Positions 1-11,709 of a stretch of 64,000 bases of DNA are shown here, one piece after another (position 1 is the stretch's first letter; each line of letters starts with the position of its first letter). The DNA is taken from the NCBI GenBank assembly GCA_019828565.1, contig JAHDYR010000036.1:1-64000 (forward strand), written 5' to 3'. The translations under genes and the position numbers were made by a program. The notes beneath the pieces are model-generated. The model saw only the letters and a list, made by a program, of their open reading frames with translations, was not told the DNA's origin and made no database searches. This DNA is from Carpediemonas membranifera BICM. Its lineage: Eukaryota > Protista > Fornicata.

Positions 1-444
1 ACCTTACCTTTTACCTTTACATTTTACCTTTACCTCCTTTACCCTTACTCTTTACCTCACCTTTACTCACTACCTCCTTACCTTACCCTACCTACTCTTT
101 ACCTTACCTTTTCCACCTTTACCTTACCCACCTTACCCTATACCCTACCTTTTACCTTTACCCATCTTTTACCTTACCTTACCTTACCTTACCTTACCTT
201 ACCTTACCTTACCTTACCTTACCTTACCTTACCTTACCTTACCTTACCTTACCTTACCTTACCTTTTTACCTTTACTCTTTACCATCTTTTACCTCTTTA
301 CCTTTACCTCTACCTTTTACCTACCTTTACCTTTACTCCTACCCATCTTTACCTTACCTTACCTTACCTTACCTTACCTTACCTTACCTTACCTTACCTT
401 ACCTTACCTTACCTTACCTTACCTTACCTTACCTTACCTTACCT
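1..444. repeat. Telomeric repeat tract (CCTTA)n; G-rich strand (TAAGG)n runs 5'->3' toward the end
   Basis: Window starts with CCTTA arrays, perfect at about 171-263 and 351-444 and irregular elsewhere; C-rich strand on top, as expected at a left chromosome end. Confidence 0.95.
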
Positions 445-485
445 CGGTAGGGTCTGTCCCCGTACGACCCCCAAAACCCGCAATA
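445..485 (+). mobile_element. 41-bp stub of a variant right end of the Helitron-like element, embedded in telomeric repeats
   Basis: GACCCCCAAAACCCGCAATACCTTA matches the element terminus GACCCCCCAAAATCCGCAATACCTTA; it keeps a GGGTC/GACCC stem. Confidence 0.7.
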
Positions 486-526
486 CCTTACCTTACCTTA
501 CCTTACCTTACCTTACCTTACCTTAC
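486..526. repeat. Interstitial telomeric repeats (8 x CCTTA)
   Basis: Perfect CCTTA units directly before the TC start of copy 1. Confidence 0.95.
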
Positions 527-647
527 TCATCTGATGACCCCTGACCCTCAAGTCGAGGTGCCCCCGGGGGTTTTTCGGGGCGCTGAACACGCTGGTGCTA
601 TCAGATTTGGACGATATCCACTCAATCTCTGAGATCGCCTGAGCACA

Positions 648-3600
648 TCATCTGATGACCCCTGACCCTCAAGTCGAGGTGCCCCCGGGGGTTTTTCGGG
701 GCGCTGAACACGCTGGTGAAGTCCCCTATGCTCCATCTCTGCTCAATCACCGCCAAATCCCGGGGATCGAATTCCGCGACTCAAACCCAGAGTTGCAGAC
801 CTCAGCGTTCACAACCACCCCCGGCTAGACACGTTCTAGGCCCCATAGAGCACATTTCACTCTTCACCTCGCTGAAACCATGGTCAAGTTGATCCAGCCA
901 CGTCGCTCAGCTTCAATCACGCAAGGCGAGCGGACAACGAGTAGACCACACCCAGATGGAGGCTGAATCGCGACATGTGCGCTCTACAGCTGTCTATAGG
1001 CCCGCACGCATACATGGGTGCGAAGTCCCAGCCCTCCAATGTCACGTATTGACGAGGTCGTCAAAGCATATCTTTACTCAATCTTTTTGACCTCAAGTCG
1101 TGGACTGCCCGGGGGTTTCGGGGCGCTGAACACGCTGGTGAAGTCCCCTATGCTCCATCTCCGCCCCATCACCGCCAAATTCCGAGGATCGAATTCCGCG
1201 ACTCAAACCCAGAGTTGCAGACCTCAGCGTTCACAACCACCCCCGGCTAGACACGTTCTAGGCCCCATAGAGCACATTTCACTCTTCACCTCGCTGAAAC
1301 CATGGTCAAGTTGATCCAGCCACGTCGCTCAGCTTCAATCACGCAAGGCGAGCGGACAACGAGTAGACCACACCCAGATGAAGGCTGAATCGCGACATGT
1401 GCGCTCTACAGCTGTCTATAGGCCCGCACGCATACATGGGTGCGAAGTCCCAGCCCTCCAATGTCACGTATTGACGAGGTCGTCAAAGCATATCTTTACG
1501 CAATCTTTTTGACCTCAAGTCGTGGACTGCCCGGGGGTAGTTCGGGGCGCTGAACACGCTGGTGAAGTCCCCTATGCTCCATCTCCGCCCCATCACCGCC
1601 AAATTCCGAGGATCGAATTCCGCGACTCAAACCCAGAGTTGCAGACCTCAGCGTTCACAACCACCCCCGGCTAGACACGTTCTAGGCCCCATAGAGCACA
1701 TTTCACTCTTCATCTCGCTGAAACCATGGTCAAGTTGATCCAGCCACGTCGCTCAGCTTCAATCACGCAAGGCGAGCGGACAACGAGTAGACCACACCCA
1801 GATGGAGGCTGAATCGCGACATGTGCGCTCTACAGCTGTCTATAAGCCCGCACGCATACATGGGTGCGAAGTCCCAGCCCTCCAATGTCACGTATTGACG
1901 AGGTCGTCAAAGCATATCTTTACGCAATCTTTTTGACCTCAAGTCGTGGACTGCCCGGGGGTAGTTCGGGGCGCTGAACACGCTGGTGAAGTCCCCTATG
2001 CTCCATCTCCGCCCCATCACCGCCAAATTCCGAGGATCGAATTCCGCGACTCAAACCCAGAGTTGCAGACCTCAGCGTTCACAACCACCCCCGGCTAGAC
2101 ACGTTCTAGGCCCCATAGAGCACATTTCACTCTTCACCTCGCTGAAACCATGGTCAAGTTGATCCAGCCACGTCGCTCAGCTTCAATCACGCAAGGCGAG
2201 CGGACAACGAGTAGACCACACCCAGATGAAGGCTGAATCGCGACATGTGCGCTCTACAGCTGTCTATAGGCCCGCACGCATACATGGGTGCGAAGTCCCA
2301 GCCCTCCAATGTCACGTATTGACGAGGTCGTCAAAGCATATCTTTACTCAATCTTTTGACCTCAAGTCGTGGACTGCCCGGGGGTAGTTCGGGGCGCTGA
2401 ACACGCTGGTGAAGTCCCCTATGCTCCATCTCCGCCCCATCACCGCCAAATTCCGAGGATCGAATTCCGCGACTCAAACCCAGAGTTGCAGACCTCAGCG
2501 TTCACAACCACCCCCCGGCTAGACACGTTCTAGGCCCCATAGAGCACATTTCACTCTTCATCTCGCTGAAACCATGGTCAAGTTGATCCAGCCACGTCGC
2601 TCAGCTTCAATCACGCAAGGCGAGCGGACAACGAGTAGACCACACCCAGATGGAGGCTGAATCGCGACATGTGCGCTCTACAGCTGTCTATAGGCCCGCA
2701 CGCATACATGGGTGCGAAGTCCCAGCCCCTCAAATGTCACGTATTGACGAGGTCGTAAAAGCATATCTTTACTCAATCTTTTGACCTCAAGTCGTGGACT
2801 GCCCGGGGTAGTTCGGGGCGCTGAACACGCTGGTGAAGTCCCCTATGCTCCATCTCCGCCCCATCACCGCCAAATTCCGAGGATCGAATTCCGCGACTCA
2901 AACCCAGAGTTGCAGACCTCAGCGTTCACAACCACCCCCGGCTAGACACGTTCTAGGCCCCATAGAGCACATTTCACTCTTCACCTCGCTGAAACCATGG
3001 TCAAGTTGATCCAGCCACGTCGCTCAGCTTCAATCACGCAAGGCGAGCGGACAACGAGTAGACCACACCCAGATGAAGGCTGAATCGCGACATGTGCGCT
3101 CTACAGCTGTCTATAGGCCCGCACGCATACATGGGTGCGAAGTCCCAGCCCTCCAATGTCACGTATTGACGAGGTCGTCAAAAGCATATCTTTACGCAAT
3201 CTTTTGACCTCAAGTCGTGGACTGCCCGGGGGTAGTTCGGGGCGCTGAACACGCTGGTGAAGTCCCCTATGCTCCATCTCCGCCCCATCACCGCCAAATC
3301 CCGGGGATCGAATTCCGCGACTCAAACCCAGAGTTGCAGACCTCAGCGTTCACAACCACCCCCGGCTAGACACGTTCTAGGCCCCATAGAGCACATTTCA
3401 CTCTTCACCTCGCTGAAACCATGGTCAAGTTGATCCAGTCACGTCGCTCAGCTTCAATCACGCAAGGCGAGCGGACAACGAGTAGACCACACCCAGATGA
3501 AGGCTGAATCGCGACATGTGCGCTCTACAGCTGTCTATAGGCCCGCACGCATACATGGGTGCGAAGTCCCAGCCCTCCAATGTCACGTATTGACGAGGTC

Positions 3601-3719
3601 GTCAAAGCATATCTTTACTCAATCTTTTTGACCTCAAGTCGTGGACTGCCCGGGGGTAGTTCGGGGCGCTGAACACGCTGGTGAAGTCCCCTATGCTCCA
3701 TCTCCGCCCCATCTCCGCC
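648..3719 (+). repeat. ~422-bp tandem repeat, 7 full units + partial
   Basis: Anchor CTCAAGTCG recurs at about 668, 1092, 1514, 1938, 2361, 2786, 3209 and 3633. Confidence 0.95.
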
Positions 3720-3785
3720 TGGCCAGATCATGATGCGTCAATTGTCACATATCTGGAAGTCAAGTCTGTTGTAACGCGTCAGGTT

Positions 3786-3867
3786 TGAGCCATGGTGTAG
3801 ATGGTATAGCAGATGTTGGTGAATACAAGAGGTGGTAGGTTCGAATCCCTCCTGGCACATCCTTTTT
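3786..3867 (+). ncRNA. Degenerate tRNA-like Pol III cassette (copy 1)
   Basis: A-box TGGTGTAGATGGT, B-box GGTTCGAATCC, 6/7 acceptor-like stem TGAGCCA/TGGCACA, then T5; D, anticodon and T stems pair poorly. Confidence 0.7.
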
Positions 3868-3961
3868 GGACCTCGGCCATATCTCAGTCAATATTGGTCG
3901 TCATGCCTTGCAACTGCCCAGATTAGCTTGACTAGCCCTAAAGAACACATGGCAGTCAGAT

Positions 3962-4124
3962 TTATTCAAGTTGTTTGGACATGACGAACGCTAAGCCGTT
4001 CAGGACTGAGCCACTGGCGCCGAGCGCAAACAGCGCATCCACGACCGCCCAATAGCGGTCCGGGTTCTTGGACAGCACCTTGGCGCGCTGGAGTGCCTTG
4101 TGCATGACCTGGGACGGTACAGCA
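3962..4124 (-). pseudogene. Probable captured 3' fragment of an unidentified gene (also at about 8499-8661 and 11887-12049)
   Basis: Open frame ...VPSQVMHKALQRAKVLSKNPDRYWAVVDALFALGASGSVLNGLAFVMSKQLE* ending in TAA within AATAAA; absent from the autonomous copy and fused to the RepHel 3' remnant. Confidence 0.45.
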
Positions 4125-4526
4125 GCCGCAGCGCCCCCTGCACCCCACCAACGCATAGCCATGAGATGTCCACCCCAGGCCAAGCCAGTGCCCGCCCCTC
4201 AGCCCGCGTCTCCTATTGTGCACGACATCGAGAGCATATCGATCAGCTCGCCCTCTGCCTCGCCGTCCTCGCAAGGATACGTGCCCCCAAAGCGTTTGCG
4301 GACTACACCACCGCGCCGTATCCTCCCCAAGCGCTCGACTAGGGCCGCACCATCTCCCCTGAGAGAGTCAGCCCCCGCACCTGCCCGCAAGCTCGGCCGC
4401 CCTCGCTCTACCAAGTTCATCATCTACTCGGACAGCGAGGACGACGACGAACATCCCAAGAAGCCGAAGGGGTGCATCACACCGAAGAAGGAAGGACGGA
4501 CTTGCTTCAATCGTAAGAACTATTAG
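4125..4526 (+). pseudogene. 3' remnant of the RepHel ORF (also at about 8662-9064 and 12050-12451)
   Basis: Translates to QRIAMR.PPQAKPVPAPQPASP...KFIIYSDS, nearly identical to the C-terminus of 13532-18622 but with a different last ~25 aa. Confidence 0.9.
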
Positions 4527-5583
4527 TATCGAAGTGGCAGTGGCCACATGTAAATGATTAACGAACGTAGAATGGGTAGAGCGGGGGCTACGGTCGGCTG
4601 CGCCTCCCTCTGCCCCCCTGCACCCCCCGGAATTGAAGACGGGGGCTCCGTCGTTCCTCCGGCTTCGTTCGGCTTCGCTCCGCTCGGGCGCTCGTCGCTA
4701 CGCTCCTCCCGCCCTCCGCTACGCTACGCCTCTCTACGCCTCCGTCACTCTCTCTGCCCCCCTGCGACCCCCCGCGGACTCCGCCCATGGCCTGTAACTA
4801 CGTCAGATCACCCCACAAATTTTTGAATCTCGGGCTGTGATTTACATATGAAAAAAATAAATACCCCCATCCTCCTCAGAGCATGTAATTATGTATTGTA
4901 GTGCGCACCCGTGTTCTCTTCCATTCCATACGCGTCACTCTAGACGTATTCACTCACCATGGACACAAAAAGGCTCTATAAAAATTTGTTGAGGGCCTAA
5001 ATCAAAAATCGGGGAAAATAACGTTCCTACACGTACGCAACATGATACAGCAGTATACTCTGTTTAGCTCCAGCATCAATCCTTGAGGCCAGTAAAAACC
5101 GGTCTTTGAACGCGGTTCGCCAGATTCGGATGGATATCGTGACTCAATCACACTGCGAGAGACTTTCAAAAATTCCAAATCCAGCAGCCCGGAAGCCTCA
5201 GGCCTCGTGCTGTACTGCACAAGAAGTTAGCGATCGCGACTTTTGTCCTATAACTATTTATGCATAATTCAATGTAAAGACGACGGAGTTGAATAGAGCT
5301 TAGGGCGGCGCCTCCGAGCTGACACGCACAGCTATCCAGAGAAGCAATCCGCAGCCCTGAACGCCGTCTGTAAGCATGTGCTCTGACCTCAAAGTCCAAT
5401 TTTGAGGTCCCGTTTTTGAGCGGGAAAATTTAGTATAAAATATTTGCGTTGTCCCAGATTTCAATGCATGTTCGAAGGACCCCTGGGGTAGGCTACACGC
5501 TGCATGTGTCGCCTTCCCTGGCAGGGGCCCAGGGGTCCCGTACCGGGACCCCCCAAAATCCGCAATACCTTACCATAACTTAC

Positions 5584-5608
5584 CTTACCTTACCTTACCT
5601 TACCTTAC
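5584..5608. repeat. Interstitial telomeric spacer (5 x CTTAC)
   Basis: Lies between the right end of copy 1 and the TC start of copy 2. Confidence 0.95.
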
Positions 5609-8256
5609 TCATCTGATGACCCCTGACCCTCAAGTCGAGGTGCCCCCGGGGGTTTTTCGGGGCGCTGAACACGCTGGTGAAGTCCCCTATGCTCCATCTC
5701 TGCTCAATCACCGCCAAATCCCGGGGATCGAATTCCGCGACTCAAACCCAGAGTTGCAGACCTCAGCGTTCACAACCACCCCCGGCTAGACACGTTCTAG
5801 GCCCCATAGAGCACATTTCACTCTTCACCTCGCTGAAACCATGGTCAAGTTGATCCAGCCACGTCGCTCAGCTTCAATCACGCAAGGCGAGCGGACAACG
5901 AGTAGACCACACCCAGATGGAGGCTGAATCGCGACATGTGCGCTCTACAGCTGTCTATAGGCCCGCACGCATACATGGGTGCGAAGTCCCAGCCCTCCAA
6001 TGTCACGTATTGACGAGGTCGTCAAAGCATATCTTTACGCAATCTTTTTGACCTCAAGTCGTGGACTGCCCGGGGGTAGTTCGGGGCGCTGAACACGCTG
6101 GTGAAGTCCCCTATGCTCCATCTCCGCCCCATCACCGCCAAATTCCGAGGATCGAATTCCGCGACTCAAACCCAGAGTTGCAGACCTCAGCGTTCACAAC
6201 CACCCCCGGCTAGACACGTTCTAGGCCCCATAGAGCACATTTCACTCTTCACCTCGCTGAAACCATGGTCAAGTTGATCCAGCCACGTCGCTCAGCTTCA
6301 ATCACGCAAGGCGAGCGGACAACGAGTAGACCACACCCAGATGGAGGCTGAATCGCGACATGTGCGCTCTACAGCTGTCTATAAGCCCGCACGCATACAT
6401 GGGTGCGAAGTCCCAGCCCTCCAATGTCACGTATTGACGAGGTCGTCAAAGCATATCTTTACGCAATCTTTTGACCTCAAGTCGTGGACTGCCCGGGGGT
6501 AGTTCGGGGCGCTGAACACGCTGGTGAAGTCCCCTATGCTCCATCTCCGCCCCATCACCGCCAAATTCCGAGGATCGAATTCCGCGACTCAAACCCAGAG
6601 TTGCAGACCTCAGCGTTCACAACCACCCCCGGCTAGACACGTTCTAGGCCCCATAGAGCACATTTCACTCTTCATCTCGCTGAAACCATGGTCAAGTTGA
6701 TCCAGCCACGTCGCTCAGCTTCAATCACGCAAGGCGAGCGGACAACGAGTAGACCACACCCAGATGGAGGCTGAATCGCGACATGTGCGCTCTACAGCTG
6801 TCTATAGGCCCGCACGCATACATGGGTGCGAAGTCCCAGCCCTCAAATGTCACGTATTGACGAGGTCGTAAAAGCATATCTTTACTCAATCTTTTTGACC
6901 TCAAGTCGTGGACTGCCCGGGGGTAGTTCGGGGCGCTGAACACGCTGGTGAAGTCCCCTATGCTCCATCTCCGCCCCATCACCGCCAAATTCCGAGGATC
7001 GAATTCCGCGACTCAAACCCAGAGTTGCAGACCTCAGCGTTCACAACCACCCCCGGCTAGACACGTTCTAGGCCCCATAGAGCACATTTCACTCTTCACC
7101 TCGCTGAAACCATGGTCAAGTTGATCCAGCCACGTCGCTCAGCTTCAATCACGCAAGGCGAGCGGACAACGAGTAGACCACACCCAGATGAAGGCTGAAT
7201 CGCGACATGTGCGCTCTACAGCTGTCTATAGGCCCGCACGCATACATGGGTGCGAAGTCCCAGCCCTCCAATGTCACGTATTGACGAGGTCGTCAAAGCA
7301 TATCTTTACGCAATCTTTTGACCTCAAGTCGTGGACTGCCCGGGGGTAGTTCGGGGCGCTGAACACGCTGGTGAAGTCCCCTATGCTCCATCTCCGCCCC
7401 ATCACCGCCAAATCCCGGGGATCGAATTCCGCGACTCAAACCCAGAGTTGCAGACCTCAGCGTTCACAACCACCCCCGGCTAGACACGTTCTAGGCCCCA
7501 TAGAGCACATTTCACTCTTCACCTCGCTGAAACCATGGTCAAGTTGATCCAGCCACGTCGCTCAGCTTCAATCACGCAAGGCGAGCGGACAACGAGTAGA
7601 CCACACCCAGATGAAGGCTGAATCGCGACATGTGCGCTCTACAGCTGTCTATAGGCCCGCACGCATACATGGGTGCGAAGTCCCAGCCCTCCAATGTCAC
7701 GTATTGACGAGGTCGTCAAAGCATATCTTTACGCAATCTTTTGACCTCAAGTCGTGGACTGCCCGGGGGTAGTTCGGGGCGCTGAACACGCTGGTGAAGT
7801 CCCCTATGCTCCATCTCCGCCCCATCACCGCCAAATCCCGGGGATCGAATTCCGCGACTCAAACCCAGAGTTGCAGACCTCAGCGTTCACAACCACCCCC
7901 GGCTAGACACGTTCTAGGCCCCATAGAGCACATTTCACTCTTCACCTCGCTGAAACCATGGTCAAGTTGATCCAGTCACGTCGCTCAGCTTCAATCACGC
8001 AAGGCGAGCGGACAACGAGTAGACCACACCCAGATGAAGGCTGAATCGCGACATGTGCGCTCTACAGCTGTCTATAGGCCCGCACGCATACATGGGTGCG
8101 AAGTCCCAGCCCTCCAATGTCACGTATTGACGAGGTCGTCAAAGCATATCTTTACTCAATCTTTTTGACCTCAAGTCGTGGACTGCCCGGGGGTAGTTCG
8201 GGGCGCTGAACACGCTGGTGAAGTCCCCTATGCTCCATCTCCGCCCCATCTCCGCC
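5609..8256 (+). repeat. ~422-bp tandem repeat, 6 full units + partial
   Basis: Anchors at about 5629, 6053, 6476, 6900, 7323, 7746 and 8170. Confidence 0.95.
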
Positions 8257-8322
8257 TGGCCAGATCATGATGCGTCAATTGTCACATATCTGGAAGTCAA
8301 GTCTGTTGTAACGCGTCAGGTT

Positions 8323-8404
8323 TGAGCCATGGTGTAGATGGTATAGCAGATGTTGGTGAATACAAGAGGTGGTAGGTTCGAATCCCTCCTGGCACATCCT
8401 TTTT
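8323..8404 (+). ncRNA. Degenerate tRNA-like Pol III cassette (copy 2)
   Basis: Identical to 3786-3867. Confidence 0.7.
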
Positions 8405-10119
8405 GGACCTCGGCCATATCTCAGTCAATATTGGTCGTCATGCCTTGCAACTGCCCAGATTAGCTTGACTAGCCCTAAAGAACACATGGCAGTCAGATTT
8501 ATTCAAGTTGTTTGGACATGACGAACGCTAAGCCGTTCAGGACTGAGCCACTGGCGCCGAGCGCAAACAGCGCATCCACGACCGCCCAATAGCGGTCCGG
8601 GTTCTTGGACAGCACCTTGGCGCGCTGGAGTGCCTTGTGCATGACCTGGGACGGTACAGCAGCCGCAGCGCCCCCCTGCACCCCACCAACGCATAGCCAT
8701 GAGATGTCCACCCCAGGCCAAGCCAGTGCCCGCCCCTCAGCCCGCGTCTCCTATTGTGCACGACATCGAGAGCATATCGATCAGCTCGCCCTCTGCCTCG
8801 CCGTCCTCGCAAGGATACGTGCCCCCAAAGCGTTTGCGGACTACACCACCGCGCCGTATCCTCCCCAAGCGCTCGACTAGGGCCGCACCATCTCCCCTGA
8901 GAGAGTCAGCCCCCGCACCTGCCCGCAAGCTCGGCCGCCCTCGCTCTACCAAGTTCATCATCTACTCGGACAGCGAGGACGACGACGAACATCCCAAGAA
9001 GCCGAAGGGGTGCATCACACCGAAGAAGGAAGGACGGACTTGCTTCAATCGTAAGAACTATTAGTATCGAAGTGGCAGTGGCCACATGTAAATGATTAAC
9101 GAACGTAGAATGGGTAGAGCGGGGGCTACGGTCGGCTGCGCCTCCCTCTGCCCCCTGCACCCCCGGAATTGAGACGGGGGGCTCCGTTCGTTCCTCCGGC
9201 TTCGTTCGGCTTCGCTCCGCTCCGGGCGCTCGTCGCTACGCTCCTCCCGCCCTCCGCTACGCTACGCCTCTCTACGCCTCCGTCACTCTCTCTGCCCCCC
9301 TGCGACCCCCCGCGGACTCCGCCCATGGCCTGTAACTACGTCAGATCACCCCACAAATTTTTGAATCTCGGGCTGTGATTTACATATGAAAAAATAAATA
9401 CCCCCATCCTCCTCAGAGCATGTAATTATGTATTGTAGTGCGCACCCGTGTTCTCTTCCATTCCATACGCGTCACTCTAGACGTATTCACTCACCATGGA
9501 CACAAAAAGGCTCTATAAAAATTTGTTGAGGGCCTAAATCAAAAATCGGGGAAAATAACGTTCCTACACGTACGCAACATGATACAGCAGTATACTCTGT
9601 TTAGCTCCAGCATCAATCCTTGAGGCCAGTAAAACCGGTCTTTGAACGCGGTTCGCCAGATTCGGATGGATATCGTGACTCAATCACACTGCGAGAGACT
9701 TTCAAAAATTCCAAATCCAGCAGCCCGGAAGCCTCAGGCCTCGTGCTGTACTGCACAAGAAGTTAGCGATCGCGACTTTTGTCCTATAACTATTTATGCA
9801 TAATTCAATGTAAAGACGACGGAGTTGAATAGAGCTTAGGGCGGCGCCTCCGAGCTGACACGCACAGCTATCCAGAGAAGCAATCCGCAGCCCTGAACGC
9901 CGTCTGTAAGCATGTGCTCTGACCTCAAAGTCCAATTTTGAGGTCCCGTTTTTGAGCGGGAAAATTTAGTATAAAATATTTGCGTTGTCCCAGATTTCAA
10001 TGCATGTTCGAAGGACCCCTGGGGTAGGCTACACGCTGCATGTGTCGCCTTCCCTGGCAGGGGCCCAGGGGTCCCGTACCGGGACCCCCCAAAATCCGCA
10101 ATACCTTACCATAACTTAC

Positions 10120-10144
10120 CTTACCTTACCTTACCTTACCTTAC
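10120..10144. repeat. Interstitial telomeric spacer (5 x CTTAC)
   Basis: Lies between copies 2 and 3. Confidence 0.95.
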
Positions 10145-10265
10145 TCATCTGATGACCCCTGACCCTCAAGTCGAGGTGCCCCCGGGGGTTTTTCGGGGCG
10201 CTGAACACGCTGGTGCTATCAGATTTGGACGATATCCACTCAATCTCTGAGATCGCCTGAGCACA

Positions 10266-11643
10266 TCATCTGATGACCCCTGACCCTCAAGTCGAGGTGC
10301 CCCCGGGGGTTTTTCGGGGCGCTGAACACGCTGGTGAAGTCCCCTATGCTCCATCTCTGCTCAATCACCGCCAAATCCCGGGGATCGAATTCCGCGACTC
10401 AAACCCAGAGTTGCAGACCTCAGCGTTCACAACCACCCCCGGCTAGACACGTTCTAGGCCCCATAGAGCACATTTCACTCTTCACCTCGCTGAAACCATG
10501 GTCAAGTTGATCCAGCCACGTCGCTCAGCTTCAATCACGCAAGGCGAGCGGACAACGAGTAGACCACACCCAGATGGAGGCTGAATCGCGACATGTGCGC
10601 TCTACAGCTGTCTATAGGCCCGCACGCATACATGGGTGCGAAGTCCCAGCCCTCAAATGTCACGTATTGACGAGGTCGTAAAAGCATATCTTTACTCAAT
10701 CTTTTTGACCTCAAGTCGTGGACTGCCCGGGGGTAGTTCGGGGCGCTGAACACGCTGGTGAAGTCCCCTATGCTCCATCTCCGCCCCATCACCGCCAAAT
10801 TCCGAGGATCGAATTCCGCGACTCAAACCCAGAGTTGCAGACCTCAGCGTTCACAACCACCCCCGGCTAGACACGTTCTAGGCCCCATAGAGCACATTTC
10901 ACTCTTCACCTCGCTGAAACCATGGTCAAGTTGATCCAGCCACGTCGCTCAGCTTCAATCACGCAAGGCGAGCGGACAACGAGTAGACCACACCCAGATG
11001 AAGGCTGAATCGCGACATGTGCGCTCTACAGCTGTCTATAGGCCCGCACGCATACATGGGTGCGAAGTCCCAGCCCTCCAATGTCACGTATTGACGAGGT
11101 CGTCAAAGCATATCTTTACGCAATCTTTTGACCTCAAGTCGTGGACTGCCCGGGGGTAGTTCGGGGCGCTGAACACGCTGGTGAAGTCCCCTATGCTCCA
11201 TCTCTGCTCAATCACCGCCAAATCCCGGGGATCGAATTCCGCGACTCAAACCCAGAGTTGCAGACCTCAGCGTTCACAACCACCCCCGGCTAGACACGTT
11301 CTAGGCCCCCATAGAGCACATTTCACTCTTCACCTCGCTGAAACCATGGTCAAGTTGATCCAGTCACGTCGCTCAGCTTCAATCACGCAAGGCGAGCGGA
11401 CAACGAGTAGACCACACCCAGATGAAGGCTGAATCGCGACATGTGCGCTCTACAGCTGTCTATAGGCCCGCACGCATACATGGGTGCGAAGTCCCAGCCC
11501 TCCAATGTCACGTATTGACGAGGTCGTCAAAGCATATCTTTACTCAATCTTTTGACCTCAAGTCGTGGACTGCCCGGGGGTAGTTCGGGGCGCTGAACAC
11601 GCTGGTGAAGTCCCCTATGCTCCATCTCCGCCCCATCTCCGCC
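10266..11643 (+). repeat. ~422-bp tandem repeat, 3 full units + partial
   Basis: Anchors at about 10286, 10710, 11133 and 11557. Confidence 0.95.
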
Positions 11644-11709
11644 TGGCCAGATCATGATGCGTCAATTGTCACATATCTGGAAGTCAAGTCTGTTGTAACG
11701 CGTCAGGTT

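Larger units (their letters stand above)
527..5583 (+). mobile_element. Non-autonomous Helitron-like element, copy 1
   Basis: Starts TCATCTGATGA after CTTAC; 4125-5583 is homologous to 18229-19658 of the RepHel copy; near-identical to copies 2 and 3. Confidence 0.88.
5609..10119 (+). mobile_element. Non-autonomous Helitron-like element, copy 2
   Basis: Same termini and layout as copy 1; lacks the 121-bp 5' duplication; 6 full 422-bp units. Confidence 0.88.

Noticed and set aside
1-350. Variant telomere repeats as a biological code
   Set aside because: Irregularities are mostly homopolymer length changes at the contig tip, typical of low-coverage long-read error; cannot be judged without reads.
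527-600. Hammerhead ribozyme suggested by CTGATGA at the element's left end (as in Penelope/Terminon elements)
   Set aside because: No stem II followed by GAAA on the same strand; CTGATGA is explained as part of the TCATC-T-GATGA palindrome.
3786-3859. Functional tRNA-His (GTG)
   Set aside because: Anticodon, D and T stems have several mismatches and U33 is missing; reported only as tRNA-like.
548-11432. Short ORFs (60-100 aa) inside the 422-bp and 121-bp repeats
   Set aside because: They appear and vanish with single-base indels between near-identical units, mostly lack ATG starts and show no motifs.
648-11643. CRISPR array, or 5S/SRP/spliced-leader/telomerase RNA gene array
   Set aside because: No unique spacers and a eukaryotic context; no 5S or SRP helix-8 motifs recognised; no CCTTAC template within the unit.
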